NCBI GenBank assembly: GCA_044892525.1
Contig: CM097886.1
Coordinates: 122,388,001 to 122,452,000 of the forward strand
Direction: 5' to 3'
From: Schmidtea polychroa
Taxonomy: Eukaryota
DNA length: 64,000 nucleotides
The translations under genes and the position numbers were made by a program. Under the pieces are notes generated by a model that did not search any database, was not told where the DNA came from, and saw nothing but the letters and a program-made list of their open reading frames with translations. Every line of letters begins with the position of its first letter. Positions within the stretch are counted from its first letter, which is position 1. Of this stretch, positions 13,246 through 22,498 are shown one piece after another.

Positions 13246-13463
13246 CTTTGTCTAAATAACGATATCATTAACTCAACGTTGTACGCTTATATCTGGTTTA
13301 TTATTTATTTATTTTTACAATTCGTTATAGGAGTTGTTTTAGAAGTTTTACGCTTAAGTTTACCTTTAGTAGATTTGGGGGATTTTTCTACACTACTATA
13401 TAATGTTTTACGGGGTATATATGCCGATATTTACAATTAGTATATACAAAATTATTCGTCTCT

Positions 13464-14852
13464 CTACTCAGTCCTACTCTTCCCGTCTCGCCTCACCGCT
13501 ATTTTTATGTATATAGTGTCGTTTCTCGTCATGTCTTCTACTTTCCGCTGTAGGATGAAATTCGGTGCTCCAGTTGCTGGTCCTTCTTCTTCCAAGGGCC
13601 TTTGGTAACATACGAGGTTTCCCGCTGTATGGAAACTCTGTTCATGTATACTTTGATAGTTCATCATTGCGAGGTCTATTTTTGCTTTGAATGGCCATTC
13701 TATTAACTCGTCGTATAGCCCTTTGCACATCAAGAAAAATACTGAGAAATGCGTTCCGTATGCACTTCCATCCCCATTGGGGTATGCTTTCATTTTCATT
13801 TTATACCCGTATTTCCATGAGTAGAATGCTGGACTTAGTAATGTTGTATCCTTTCCATTTCTCGCTCTCTGCATCTTCTCTTTTACTCCCGTTATTTTCC
13901 ATATGTATGGAGCCGTTGGTATTAATTCGTTGAGGTTTAATTCGCTTACTTTTTGATGTAGTTCTTTCACCATAATGTTGCTAGTTTCCACTAGATCTGT
14001 CTGTATCTTTGTACTTGTTCTCGCCTCTTCAAATGCTTCCTTTTCTTCCAATAGTTCTTTTACCAACGCTTTTAGCGAGACTATTTCTCTTTCTAAGTTT
14101 TCGGTTTTTCTTTCGTTTTCTTGTAATACCGTTGACCATATTTCCGCGTGTGTTGATACGTTTTCTGCTAGATGTTGGGGTAATTCCCCTCGGTGTAATT
14201 GTTTCTGACATCCCCATTTTCCTAGCACACACGTTATCTTTTTCCTTTCACATTCTCTGAGATGTTGAGCGAGTCTTATTACTCCAGATTTATCGCATTT
14301 ATTGGGACATTCTCCTCTGAACCCTGCGCACACTTTCTCCTCTTGTATGTTGTGATGTTGACTGATTAATTTTTTCCAGGTGTCGGTTTCTCCGCAATAC
14401 TCACATTTCTCCAGTCTTTCTTCGCATCGACTTTGATGTTCTGCTTCTTCATTGACTTTAATCTCTTCTTGGCAACGTTTGCATTGACTGATTTTATATT
14501 CACATTGCTCCATATGTTGCCTCACTTCCCATATCCCTCCTCGCCAATTGCATGGGGTGTTTTTACATCCTAAATTTGAATTTAACATATCTTTCACGGC
14601 TGCTTTATCTTCGTTTGTATCTCCCAAACTTGTTATCATGGTTTCTTTACATACTGGGCACCATTGTGGTCCCTTCTTTATTATCACCTCTACACATTCT
14701 CTGCACATTCTGCATCCACATCTGGTTTGGTGAGGTTCTCTTAATAAGCTCTTGCATATTCCACACGTTACATGGTTGTGTATTCGAATTGTGGTGGACT
14801 TTCTGACTTGTTCAACAATTTCTTTGAATTCTTCTCGTTGTCGCTTATCCAT
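13464..14852 (-). CDS. Intronless TRAF-family protein (RING, TRAF zinc fingers, coiled coil, MATH/TRAF-C)
   Basis: RING CGIC..LLREP.QT.CGC..CREC...CPVC; zinc fingers C.N..C.W.G....HMEQC, CEYC, CPNKC, HLREC, GC; MATH YIWKI...SPAFYS..YGYKM...YPNGDG...GTHFSVFF...KG.YD..I.WPF. Paralogue not assignable by eye. Confidence 0.93.
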   Translation of the reverse strand: MDKRQREEFKEIVEQVRKSTTIRIHNHVTCGICKSLLREPHQTRCGCRMCRECVEVIIKKGPQWCPVCKETMITSLGDTNEDKAAVKDMLNSNLGCKNTPCNWRGGIWEVRQHMEQCEYKISQCKRCQEEIKVNEEAEHQSRCEERLEKCEYCGETDTWKKLISQHHNIQEEKVCAGFRGECPNKCDKSGVIRLAQHLRECERKKITCVLGKWGCQKQLHRGELPQHLAENVSTHAEIWSTVLQENERKTENLEREIVSLKALVKELLEEKEAFEEARTSTKIQTDLVETSNIMVKELHQKVSELNLNELIPTAPYIWKITGVKEKMQRARNGKDTTLLSPAFYSWKYGYKMKMKAYPNGDGSAYGTHFSVFFLMCKGLYDELIEWPFKAKIDLAMMNYQSIHEQSFHTAGNLVCYQRPLEEEGPATGAPNFILQRKVEDMTRNDTIYIKIAVRRDGKSRTE

Positions 14853-14941
14853 TTCTATAATTATATATATACATATATTCGTTACTGGTACAGTTTCGTA
14901 TTTTTATTTACAGTTATTTACATTGCTATTTTAGGTTATAT

Positions 14942-15325
14942 TTATTGGCTGGAAGAGTCGGCCTCTTGTCCGCCCTCTTCCCTACTGGTTAACCATTCTG
15001 ACCAGTCTTCTATCTCCTCTCGCTCCATCTCTTCCGCGATTCTTATTAACTCCTCTTCTTGCACCTGGCTGTATCGTGATATTCGGTCTATCTCTCGCTG
15101 CATTTGTTCTATTTTTATTCGTTGGTCTTCGATTATTCTTACATAACTGAAGCCTTTATTTAAACTTTCGACTAAGCTTCTTTGTACAGCGAGTCCTTGT
15201 ACCTGTAAATTCGAAATCACTTGAGTTAACATTGCACATTGTTGTTTCCACATCTCCTCGGTTGTCGTACTGTGATTTACTTCCTCGCCTATTCGCTCCA
15301 TTCTTAATTTATATATACTTTTCAA
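14942..15325 (-). CDS. Hypothetical coiled-coil protein (probable ATG start at ~15301)
   Basis: Intact, co-oriented ORF between AT-rich spacers; E/Q/R heptad-like composition; no recognisable domain. Confidence 0.55.
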   Translation of the reverse strand: MKSIYKLRMERIGEEVNHSTTTEEMWKQQCAMLTQVISNLQVQGLAVQRSLVESLNKGFSYVRIIEDQRIKIEQMQREIDRISRYSQVQEEELIRIAEEMEREEIEDWSEWLTSREEGGQEADSSSQ

Positions 15326-15469
15326 CCCTTATCCAATTTTATTTTTATATTATTTATCCCCATCGTTATATAATATTGATACCGCGGTTATATAAAAATA
15401 TATCATACTGTTATATAAATAAATATTATCTACTTACTTTTTACAATCTATATACAGTCATAATCCTTT

Positions 15470-18400
15470 CTATATACGTGAGCTTGGAGGGCGCTGAGCA
15501 TTCCAGGCCTCCACCCACTGTTCCTGCTTGATATTACTTGGTCGTTTTACATGATGTTGAAAATTTCTTATTCTGGCCATTTCTAGTTCTCCGCGATGCC
15601 GTCTATCTTTGATTATTTTTATTGTCCCCCCCGTTATGATTAAAAAGGCCCCTGTTATTATTATGCCGCTGATCCACATCATCTGTTTTACGCTTATAAT
15701 TTCCGCTTTTTCCTTGTTCATTATTGTTGATATTGCCTCTGTGCTTTTTAGATTACCGTCTTTGCCATTTCCTTTTATCATTCCTCGTATTCTTGCTATT
15801 TCCTCGTTCATACCTTCCTTTGCCATTTTTTGTATTTTCTCCATCTCTTCCTCTGATACATAATTGTCCTGATATTTCTCACCGGTTTTCTTGCGTTTTC
15901 CTTGCTCATCTTTTTCGTCATTGATTTTTCTTTTCTTCCCTCTTTTCCCAGGGTATCGTCGACATTCTCTTTCTGGACCGTTTCTCAGGATACAGACCGT
16001 ATATTCCTTTGGTGGTTGTTGTTGCGTTACGTATTGTAGACAATTTTCTCCTGGTCCTAGCCTTGAAATACACACTTTGTGCTCTTTTCTTGGTTGAAGC
16101 TGTGTTATCACTATTTCACCTCCTTTACTTAGGTGTACCTCTTTCCATTTGACTTTTGTTATTTTCTTCCCGTTTCGATGTTGGTATGCTTCTTGTATTC
16201 CCACTTCCGTTATTGGTTCTGCATCTTCATTTTTTAACACTAGTCTCTGATAAGCTCTAGACATACATCTTCCTAATATACACCTTTCTTTTAAATCCCA
16301 TTCCTCTTTTAGATCCCATTGCTGCTCTTGTACTTGTTTTTTCTTTTCTTGTTTTAGTTCTTCCTCTTTGTTGTCCTTATTTTCCGTTTCTTTGGCTTCT
16401 TTTATCGTTCTCATTCCTCCCTGGGCTGTTATCATTTCCACCATTGTTAATACGAGTATCATTATCATCATATTTGTCTCCATTTCTTTGTTGGTAAAAA
16501 GTAGACATACCCTCTGTTTTCCACTATTCGTCTTTTCTTCTTGCTTTATTCGGTTTCTCGGGTTATTTTCCTCTTTTTTCCTACTCGCGTCGTTATTTTC
16601 TTGATTATTCTCCTCTGATTTCTCTTTCTCTTTATTCCCGTTTCGACCTTTTTCATTATTATCGTCGTCTTTATCGTCTTTATCTTTATCGCCTTTATCT
16701 CCCTCGCTGTCGTTTGAAATGTCGTCCTCGACATTTATATCATTCAACAATCTGCGGTATGCCGTTAGCACTCTGTTTCTTGCTAATTTTGCTTCGAATT
16801 CGAACTCCTTTCTGCCTGTTGCTACATGTCTCTTTCTATTCCATTCTTTCACTAATTCTCTTAATTGTATCCGACGATGTTTTCCGATTCGCTTTTGTTC
16901 GTTTTGATTTTGCGTGAATTTGAGATCTTCCCTGTTTAATACGATCATTATGATTTTTGGAGTTCCTCCTTTTGTTAGTGTATTTTTAACCATAGCATTT
17001 ACTCCGTTTTCGTAAAACTCATTTATATTTATTGCATATTTATTGCTTTGCGGTATTTTCCATGTTAGCAATAATTTCATGGCTTCTAAGCTCATCCGTA
17101 TCGTGTTCCATTGGAACTGCGACGTGTTTTTACAGATATTTTCTACCTCAGTTCTTGTAGCATTTTTACAAATGAATCTAATCATTTCCAAGTTTGGTTG
17201 TATTGTTGCCCAATCCATGGCAGAATTTCCTTCGTTTGATATTTCGTCAAGTCTCGAACCTGATTGATGTAGTATATGTAAGGTTTTCGGGTGTATCTTT
17301 GTTATTGCTGCATACATCATTGCTGTTTCTCCTTGTTCATTTTTTGCATTAGATTCTTCTCCCAAGTCTCTAAGAATTCTTATGATGGTTATTGCTCTGT
17401 TTTCTTTTGCTGCTAAAATGGCTTGTTGTAATGGTGTTCTTGAATCTTTTGTTGGTAAGGTGAATGCTAGTGGTATAAATGCTTTTATTTTTCCTATGTC
17501 TAGATTTGTGGTCTGGTCTCTCGCGTAGGTGTGTACTGTTTTTGTTATTTTTGCTAGTATCGCTTCATCGGATAGATCTTGCATTTCTTCAAAGAATACT
17601 TCTTTAGCCTTACGTATTACTATCTCTTGGTCGGAGTTTATTATCTTTGGTTTACTTGTTGTTGCTATATCGCTTATTATTTGATCGACTCGTTTCTCAG
17701 ACTTTCTTACTGTTATTTTCTTGATTTTAATCTTTTTCTTGTTCGAACTGTTAATGCGTTCCTCTGCCGTTAGAACTTGAATAATACTTAGGTAAGTTTC
17801 TCGAATGTTATTCATATTTTCCATCATATATAATACACTCACGGTTTCCCAAAATTTTACTTGTACTTTATCGGTAAATTGAGATATAGCTTTTTCGAAG
17901 TCGGTAATTCGTTTTCTGATTAGTTGTTCGTCTTTGTGATTTGAGAACTTTATGCCACGTTGTAGTAGTTGATTTGGAATTTCGAATAGGTGATGTCCTC
18001 TCATCGCTTCTCTCATCAAGGTGTTTTCTCCTTTGGTAAATGTTTCGTTTATATCTACCATATAATCGTTTTTGATCGGGTTCCTCCATGCAATTAGTAA
18101 TCCAGCAATTGTTATTAATTTCTCTTTGATTGCAGTTAATAGCCCGTCATACATGTTTCCTATCTCCCTATTATCCTCGTATGATAATAGATCTACTAAG
18201 ATTATGAAGGCTTTCGTACTTTTCCCTTCGATTGCATGATGTAGTGCATTTTTCTGGTTGTGATCCTGTGTGGTTATCTTTGACCCAGTTTCAAGTAATG
18301 CGATAATAATATCTTTAGCTTTATCCCGATTGGCTGCTATCATTAGTGGAGTGTAACCTTGGTTGTTTTCTTGATCCGTCGAAATGTTACAGTCGCGAAA

Positions 18401-19555
18401 TGCTTCGATCGTTTCCAGTATTTGTTCATTATTCCCGACCTTTAAAAGTTTGTGCAGCGGTGTATCTCCATAATGGTCTGTGATCGTAAATAATACAGGC
18501 CATTGACTTTTTACTACCCTGAGTAATGGGTGTGTTCTTTCTCGGTTTGCATAGTTTTCGATCATGGTTAGCAGACCTCCCAATATCTCAAAATCTAATC
18601 GGTCTTTTGCCCATCCGGGCATTTTAGCTTTCACTTCCTTTATGATTTTCTCGGCTTCTGATGGTCGTAACCCCAATCGGTTACCTGTTGGTTCGTTTAT
18701 CTGCTGTAACATATTTATTCTATATGTTTGTGATCTTGTTGTTAATGTTCGCCCTTCCGGCTGGCTGGTGGCTGTTTTCGGTATTGGCTTACATCGTGCC
18801 ACATTTACATATATTGGCCTCGTGAAGGGGTTGTTTACCAATCGTACTCTCACATTGGTTTCTCCGATGAATAGAATCTCATACGGACCTTTGCCGTTTC
18901 GTTGTAATTTTTTGGTGGTTCCTGGAATTAATTCCGGTGTTTCGATCATCACCCAATCACCGGTTTGAAATGTATGTTGTTTAACGTTTTTCTTTCTATC
19001 ATGCAGATCTTTGTAACTTTCCTGATAAAACTTTATATTTAATCCCGCAGTTTCCCAGATTTCTTGCATTCTTTCCTTGAACTTGGTTACATAATCGTCT
19101 ATTTCCATGTATTGTGATATTGGTGGCTGATATTCTAAATCCATTGGCATATTGCATTCTCTGCCGTACATCAACTTAAACGGACTCATCTTTGTGGACG
19201 CGTGAATCGACATTCTGTAAGCCATTAAACATAATTTTATATACTCGTCCCAGTCGCGTTGATGACGATCGACGTAATTTGATAACATTTGAATCAGTGT
19301 TCCATTGAATCTTTCTGTCATACCATTAGTTTGTGGATGGTACGGTGATGTTCTTAATTTTGCGATCTTGAAGTAGTTGGTGACTTCGCTCATTATTTCA
19401 CTCATGAAGTTTGTTCCTTGATCAGTTAATATCTGTTTTGGTGTTCCATATCGACAGCATATCTCCTCTACTAGTATTTTTGCGATTGTTCTTGCTTTCT
19501 GATCTGCCATAGCGAATGCTTCGGGGAATTTTGTCAAATAATCTGTGATTACCAA
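15470..19555 (-). CDS. Integrase catalytic core and GPY/F module fused to two ankyrin-repeat modules, a charged low-complexity region and a C-terminal membrane segment (1361 aa)
   Basis: TDQGTNF, YHPQTNGMTERFN, SPFKLMYGR, KGPYEI. Ankyrin motifs GDTPLH, GYTPLMIAA, KNALHHAI, RTPLQQAI, GETAMMYAA, GNSAMDWA. Hydrophobic MMIMILVLTMV and WISGIIITGAFLIITGG. Confidence 0.9.
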   Translation of the reverse strand: MVITDYLTKFPEAFAMADQKARTIAKILVEEICCRYGTPKQILTDQGTNFMSEIMSEVTNYFKIAKLRTSPYHPQTNGMTERFNGTLIQMLSNYVDRHQRDWDEYIKLCLMAYRMSIHASTKMSPFKLMYGRECNMPMDLEYQPPISQYMEIDDYVTKFKERMQEIWETAGLNIKFYQESYKDLHDRKKNVKQHTFQTGDWVMIETPELIPGTTKKLQRNGKGPYEILFIGETNVRVRLVNNPFTRPIYVNVARCKPIPKTATSQPEGRTLTTRSQTYRINMLQQINEPTGNRLGLRPSEAEKIIKEVKAKMPGWAKDRLDFEILGGLLTMIENYANRERTHPLLRVVKSQWPVLFTITDHYGDTPLHKLLKVGNNEQILETIEAFRDCNISTDQENNQGYTPLMIAANRDKAKDIIIALLETGSKITTQDHNQKNALHHAIEGKSTKAFIILVDLLSYEDNREIGNMYDGLLTAIKEKLITIAGLLIAWRNPIKNDYMVDINETFTKGENTLMREAMRGHHLFEIPNQLLQRGIKFSNHKDEQLIRKRITDFEKAISQFTDKVQVKFWETVSVLYMMENMNNIRETYLSIIQVLTAEERINSSNKKKIKIKKITVRKSEKRVDQIISDIATTSKPKIINSDQEIVIRKAKEVFFEEMQDLSDEAILAKITKTVHTYARDQTTNLDIGKIKAFIPLAFTLPTKDSRTPLQQAILAAKENRAITIIRILRDLGEESNAKNEQGETAMMYAAITKIHPKTLHILHQSGSRLDEISNEGNSAMDWATIQPNLEMIRFICKNATRTEVENICKNTSQFQWNTIRMSLEAMKLLLTWKIPQSNKYAININEFYENGVNAMVKNTLTKGGTPKIIMIVLNREDLKFTQNQNEQKRIGKHRRIQLRELVKEWNRKRHVATGRKEFEFEAKLARNRVLTAYRRLLNDINVEDDISNDSEGDKGDKDKDDKDDDNNEKGRNGNKEKEKSEENNQENNDASRKKEENNPRNRIKQEEKTNSGKQRVCLLFTNKEMETNMMIMILVLTMVEMITAQGGMRTIKEAKETENKDNKEEELKQEKKKQVQEQQWDLKEEWDLKERCILGRCMSRAYQRLVLKNEDAEPITEVGIQEAYQHRNGKKITKVKWKEVHLSKGGEIVITQLQPRKEHKVCISRLGPGENCLQYVTQQQPPKEYTVCILRNGPERECRRYPGKRGKKRKINDEKDEQGKRKKTGEKYQDNYVSEEEMEKIQKMAKEGMNEEIARIRGMIKGNGKDGNLKSTEAISTIMNKEKAEIISVKQMMWISGIIITGAFLIITGGTIKIIKDRRHRGELEMARIRNFQHHVKRPSNIKQEQWVEAWNAQRPPSSRI

Positions 19556-21956
19556 TATATATATATATATATATATTCCCTCTATCTGATTCTGGTAGTG
19601 GACCGACTACGTCCATTGATATCATAGTCATTGGTTCTGCTGGTACTGGCATTGGTTTTAATGGTGCCTTCCATTTTGTTCCCGTGTTTTTTCTGGTTGC
19701 GCAAGTTATGCAATTTTTCACCCATTCCGTTACATCCTCGGTCAATGTAGGCCAAAAATATTTTTGTTTCATTCGTGCCAACGTCTTTTTAGATGACATA
19801 TGTCCTCCGAGTCTTCCGTCATGGTATTGTGTTAGCAGATCTTTACGTCTATTCTCGGGAATGCACATCAGTCTTTTCTCGCCATCCATTATCAATAACC
19901 AATCTTTCTCTATTATATATCGATGTCGATGTTTATCCATATGCTCTTTCAATTTTTGATCTTTCTCATATACCTCTGCTTTTCCAGTTTTTACATATTC
20001 GATAATTTGTTTCAACTCGTCATCATCTTGCTGGTCTTTTCGTAGTTGGCAAAAATCTAAATCTTCCGCTACCATTAGACATATTCGTTGCATTTCGTGA
20101 TCTACTAAATCTGGAAAGATAAATCTGGACATACAATCCGCATTGGCATTCGCTCTTCCCGCTTTGAATTTTATGAACGGTGAATATTCTTGTAACTGCA
20201 TTGCCCATCGCATCAATCTACTTGAAGCTTCTTTGTGTTGGCCAAGCCATACTAGTGGTTGATGATCTGTTGTGATACATATTTCGTGTCCCCATAACAA
20301 ATATCGAAAATGTTTAATCGCTTGTATAATTGCTAACGCTTCTCTCTCGGTTACGGAATAGTTTTTCTCATGCTTTTTAAACGTTCTGCTGTAGTATCCA
20401 ATCACTCTTTCTTTTCCTTCTTCATCCAGTTGTCCTAATATTGCTCCGGCTGCATATCCACTTGCATCTGTTGCTAATAAGAACGGTTTCTTGAAATCAG
20501 GATGTACTAGTATTGGGGCTTCAATTAATTTATCTCGCAATGTCTCAAATGCTTTTTGTTGTTCTGCACCCCAAATAAATGAAATATCCTTTTTCACTAA
20601 TTCCTGTATTGGTTTCGCAATACCTGCATAGTTTTTGATGAATTTTCGATAATATCCGCATAATCCGAGAAATTCTTGAACTTGAGTGACAGTTTTTGGT
20701 GCTGGACATGTTTTTATTTTTTCTATGTTTCTTGGATCTGGTTCTTTGCCTTTTGCTGACACTATGTGTCCTAAGAACGTAACTTTTTCTTTTGCCCAGT
20801 CACATTTGGATGGTTTAAGTTTCAATTTCCATTGTCGTAATCGAACGAACACGTTTCTGATATCTTCCAAATGTTGTTCGAATGTTGCTGAATATATTAA
20901 TAAATCATCAATATATACCATGCACTGCTTGATCCCGTGCGTGACGAAATTCATACATCTCTGAAATGATGCTGGGGCATTGGTCAGTCCAAATGGCATT
21001 TTCCTGAATTGATACAGGTCTCGACCCAACGTGAAGGCCGTTTTCTCCTTGTCTTCCTCTTTAACTTTGATCTGCCAATATCCGCTTTTTAGATCTAAAG
21101 ACGTAAAATATGCGGCCCCTTGCAGCATAAGTAACATCTCATTGATGTCTGGTAACGGGTATGTGTCTCTTTTTGTTACGGCATTTAGTTTCCGATAATC
21201 GATACAGAATCTCTGGGTACCGTCTTTTTTCTTCACCATGACTACTGGAAATTGCCATGGCGAACAACTTGGTTCGATCACTTGTGCATCTAGCATTTTT
21301 TGTACTTCTGCTTCGGCTATCTCTTTTTGCTTCTCTGCTAGTTTGTATGGACGTAGTGCGATTGGAGTTTCGTCTATTAATGGTATTGCGTGTAATGTAA
21401 CATCGCATGCTCCCAAATCTAAGTCCGAAATAGCGAATATATCTTTATATTCTATCAATAATTGTTGAAGTCTTTCCTTTTCCTTTTCCGTTAGCAATGT
21501 GCTATCGATTGTCCATAATTCGTCAGCTTTCGTTGTTTCATTGGTGATTTTTGGTAATTCGATGTCTATCATGGGTGTCAATCTACCCAATCTTTCATTT
21601 TCATATATGATCTTCTCTTCTTCCTCGAAATTTGTGATGTTAATTGGTATTTCCCCTTCGTCATTAATTGTTATTATTTCTCTTGCTAATGGTAATTCTC
21701 GTCGTTTTTCGAATGATTTGCTTGGCTCAAAAATGGCTTCTCCTTCCATTCCTGCATCCACTTTTATTTGACATATCATCTGGGATTTTGCTGGTACAAT
21801 TATTTTCTCCGGACATCTGATTATTGCGTTCATTTTGCATATTCTACCCATTTTATCTTTTAGGCACATTGTTGTTAGATCTATTACTACTTCTTTGAAC
21901 AATTCCGGCATTAAATCCGTTCCGATTATACATGGTTCACTCAGTTTGGGTATCAC
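19422..21956 (-). CDS. pol: Pol: protease C-terminus, reverse transcriptase, RNase H, integrase N-terminus; goes out of frame at the (AT)11 tract near 19555-19576
   Basis: RFCIDYRKLN, LDLKSGYWQI, MPFGLTNAPASFQ, YIDD, TFLGH; RNase H ATDASG..GAIL.Q, EREALAI, TDHQPL; H..H...CITC; MDVVGPLP. Confidence 0.95.
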   Translation of the reverse strand: MIPKLSEPCIIGTDLMPELFKEVVIDLTTMCLKDKMGRICKMNAIIRCPEKIIVPAKSQMICQIKVDAGMEGEAIFEPSKSFEKRRELPLAREIITINDEGEIPINITNFEEEEKIIYENERLGRLTPMIDIELPKITNETTKADELWTIDSTLLTEKEKERLQQLLIEYKDIFAISDLDLGACDVTLHAIPLIDETPIALRPYKLAEKQKEIAEAEVQKMLDAQVIEPSCSPWQFPVVMVKKKDGTQRFCIDYRKLNAVTKRDTYPLPDINEMLLMLQGAAYFTSLDLKSGYWQIKVKEEDKEKTAFTLGRDLYQFRKMPFGLTNAPASFQRCMNFVTHGIKQCMVYIDDLLIYSATFEQHLEDIRNVFVRLRQWKLKLKPSKCDWAKEKVTFLGHIVSAKGKEPDPRNIEKIKTCPAPKTVTQVQEFLGLCGYYRKFIKNYAGIAKPIQELVKKDISFIWGAEQQKAFETLRDKLIEAPILVHPDFKKPFLLATDASGYAAGAILGQLDEEGKERVIGYYSRTFKKHEKNYSVTEREALAIIQAIKHFRYLLWGHEICITTDHQPLVWLGQHKEASSRLMRWAMQLQEYSPFIKFKAGRANANADCMSRFIFPDLVDHEMQRICLMVAEDLDFCQLRKDQQDDDELKQIIEYVKTGKAEVYEKDQKLKEHMDKHRHRYIIEKDWLLIMDGEKRLMCIPENRRKDLLTQYHDGRLGGHMSSKKTLARMKQKYFWPTLTEDVTEWVKNCITCATRKNTGTKWKAPLKPMPVPAEPMTMISMDVVGPLPESDRGNIYIYIYIGNHRLFDKIPRSIRYGRSESKNNRKNTSRGDMLSIWNTKTDIN

Positions 21957-22498
21957 CGCTAGATACGTTTCAATTTCATTATCTTGATATCGTAACGTAG
22001 TCCACCATCTTCCTACTACGTCTACGGTTTCTTTACTGCATGCAATAATATGGATAGTTGTTTGTTCGATGTCTTTCCAACATTTACTGGGTATTTGGTT
22101 TATTGCTATTGCTGATACATTTGCTCCGGAATTATCATTGCGCTTGTCTCTTTCCCGTTGATTTGGATCATGACTGTTACTGCCGCGCCTCCTGGTGAAC
22201 TCATTACTGCTATTGTTCTGACGTCATCAGCTTGGTCTACGCTTTTCGTTCTTCGGGTCGGCATATAGTTCATACCTGGTTGACTTGGTAACTGTGGATA
22301 CATATTTTGTGTCATGGTCAAAGCTGTTTGTTGTCCAACGATATCTGGTGGTATATAACTTCCGTTGGCTATCCAGGTATTCGTTTTTTCTTTCTCCCAA
22401 AATGGTGCTGTTTCTATTGGCTTTTCATTCGGGTTTCTACTTGGATATGGATATTTGTCATTCCCATTGTCGTCATCATCACTATCGCTGCTGTTTGA
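21957..22498 (-). pseudogene. Linker plus aspartic protease, frameshifted by a 1-nt deletion in the catalytic Asp codon
   Basis: In frame after the env TGA: ...VMIQINGKETSAMI, then atg ata [g]at tcc gga gca aat gta. Restoring one G gives AMIDSGANVSAI and runs into the pol frame (...LAVIPKLSEPCIIGTDLM). Confidence 0.8.
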
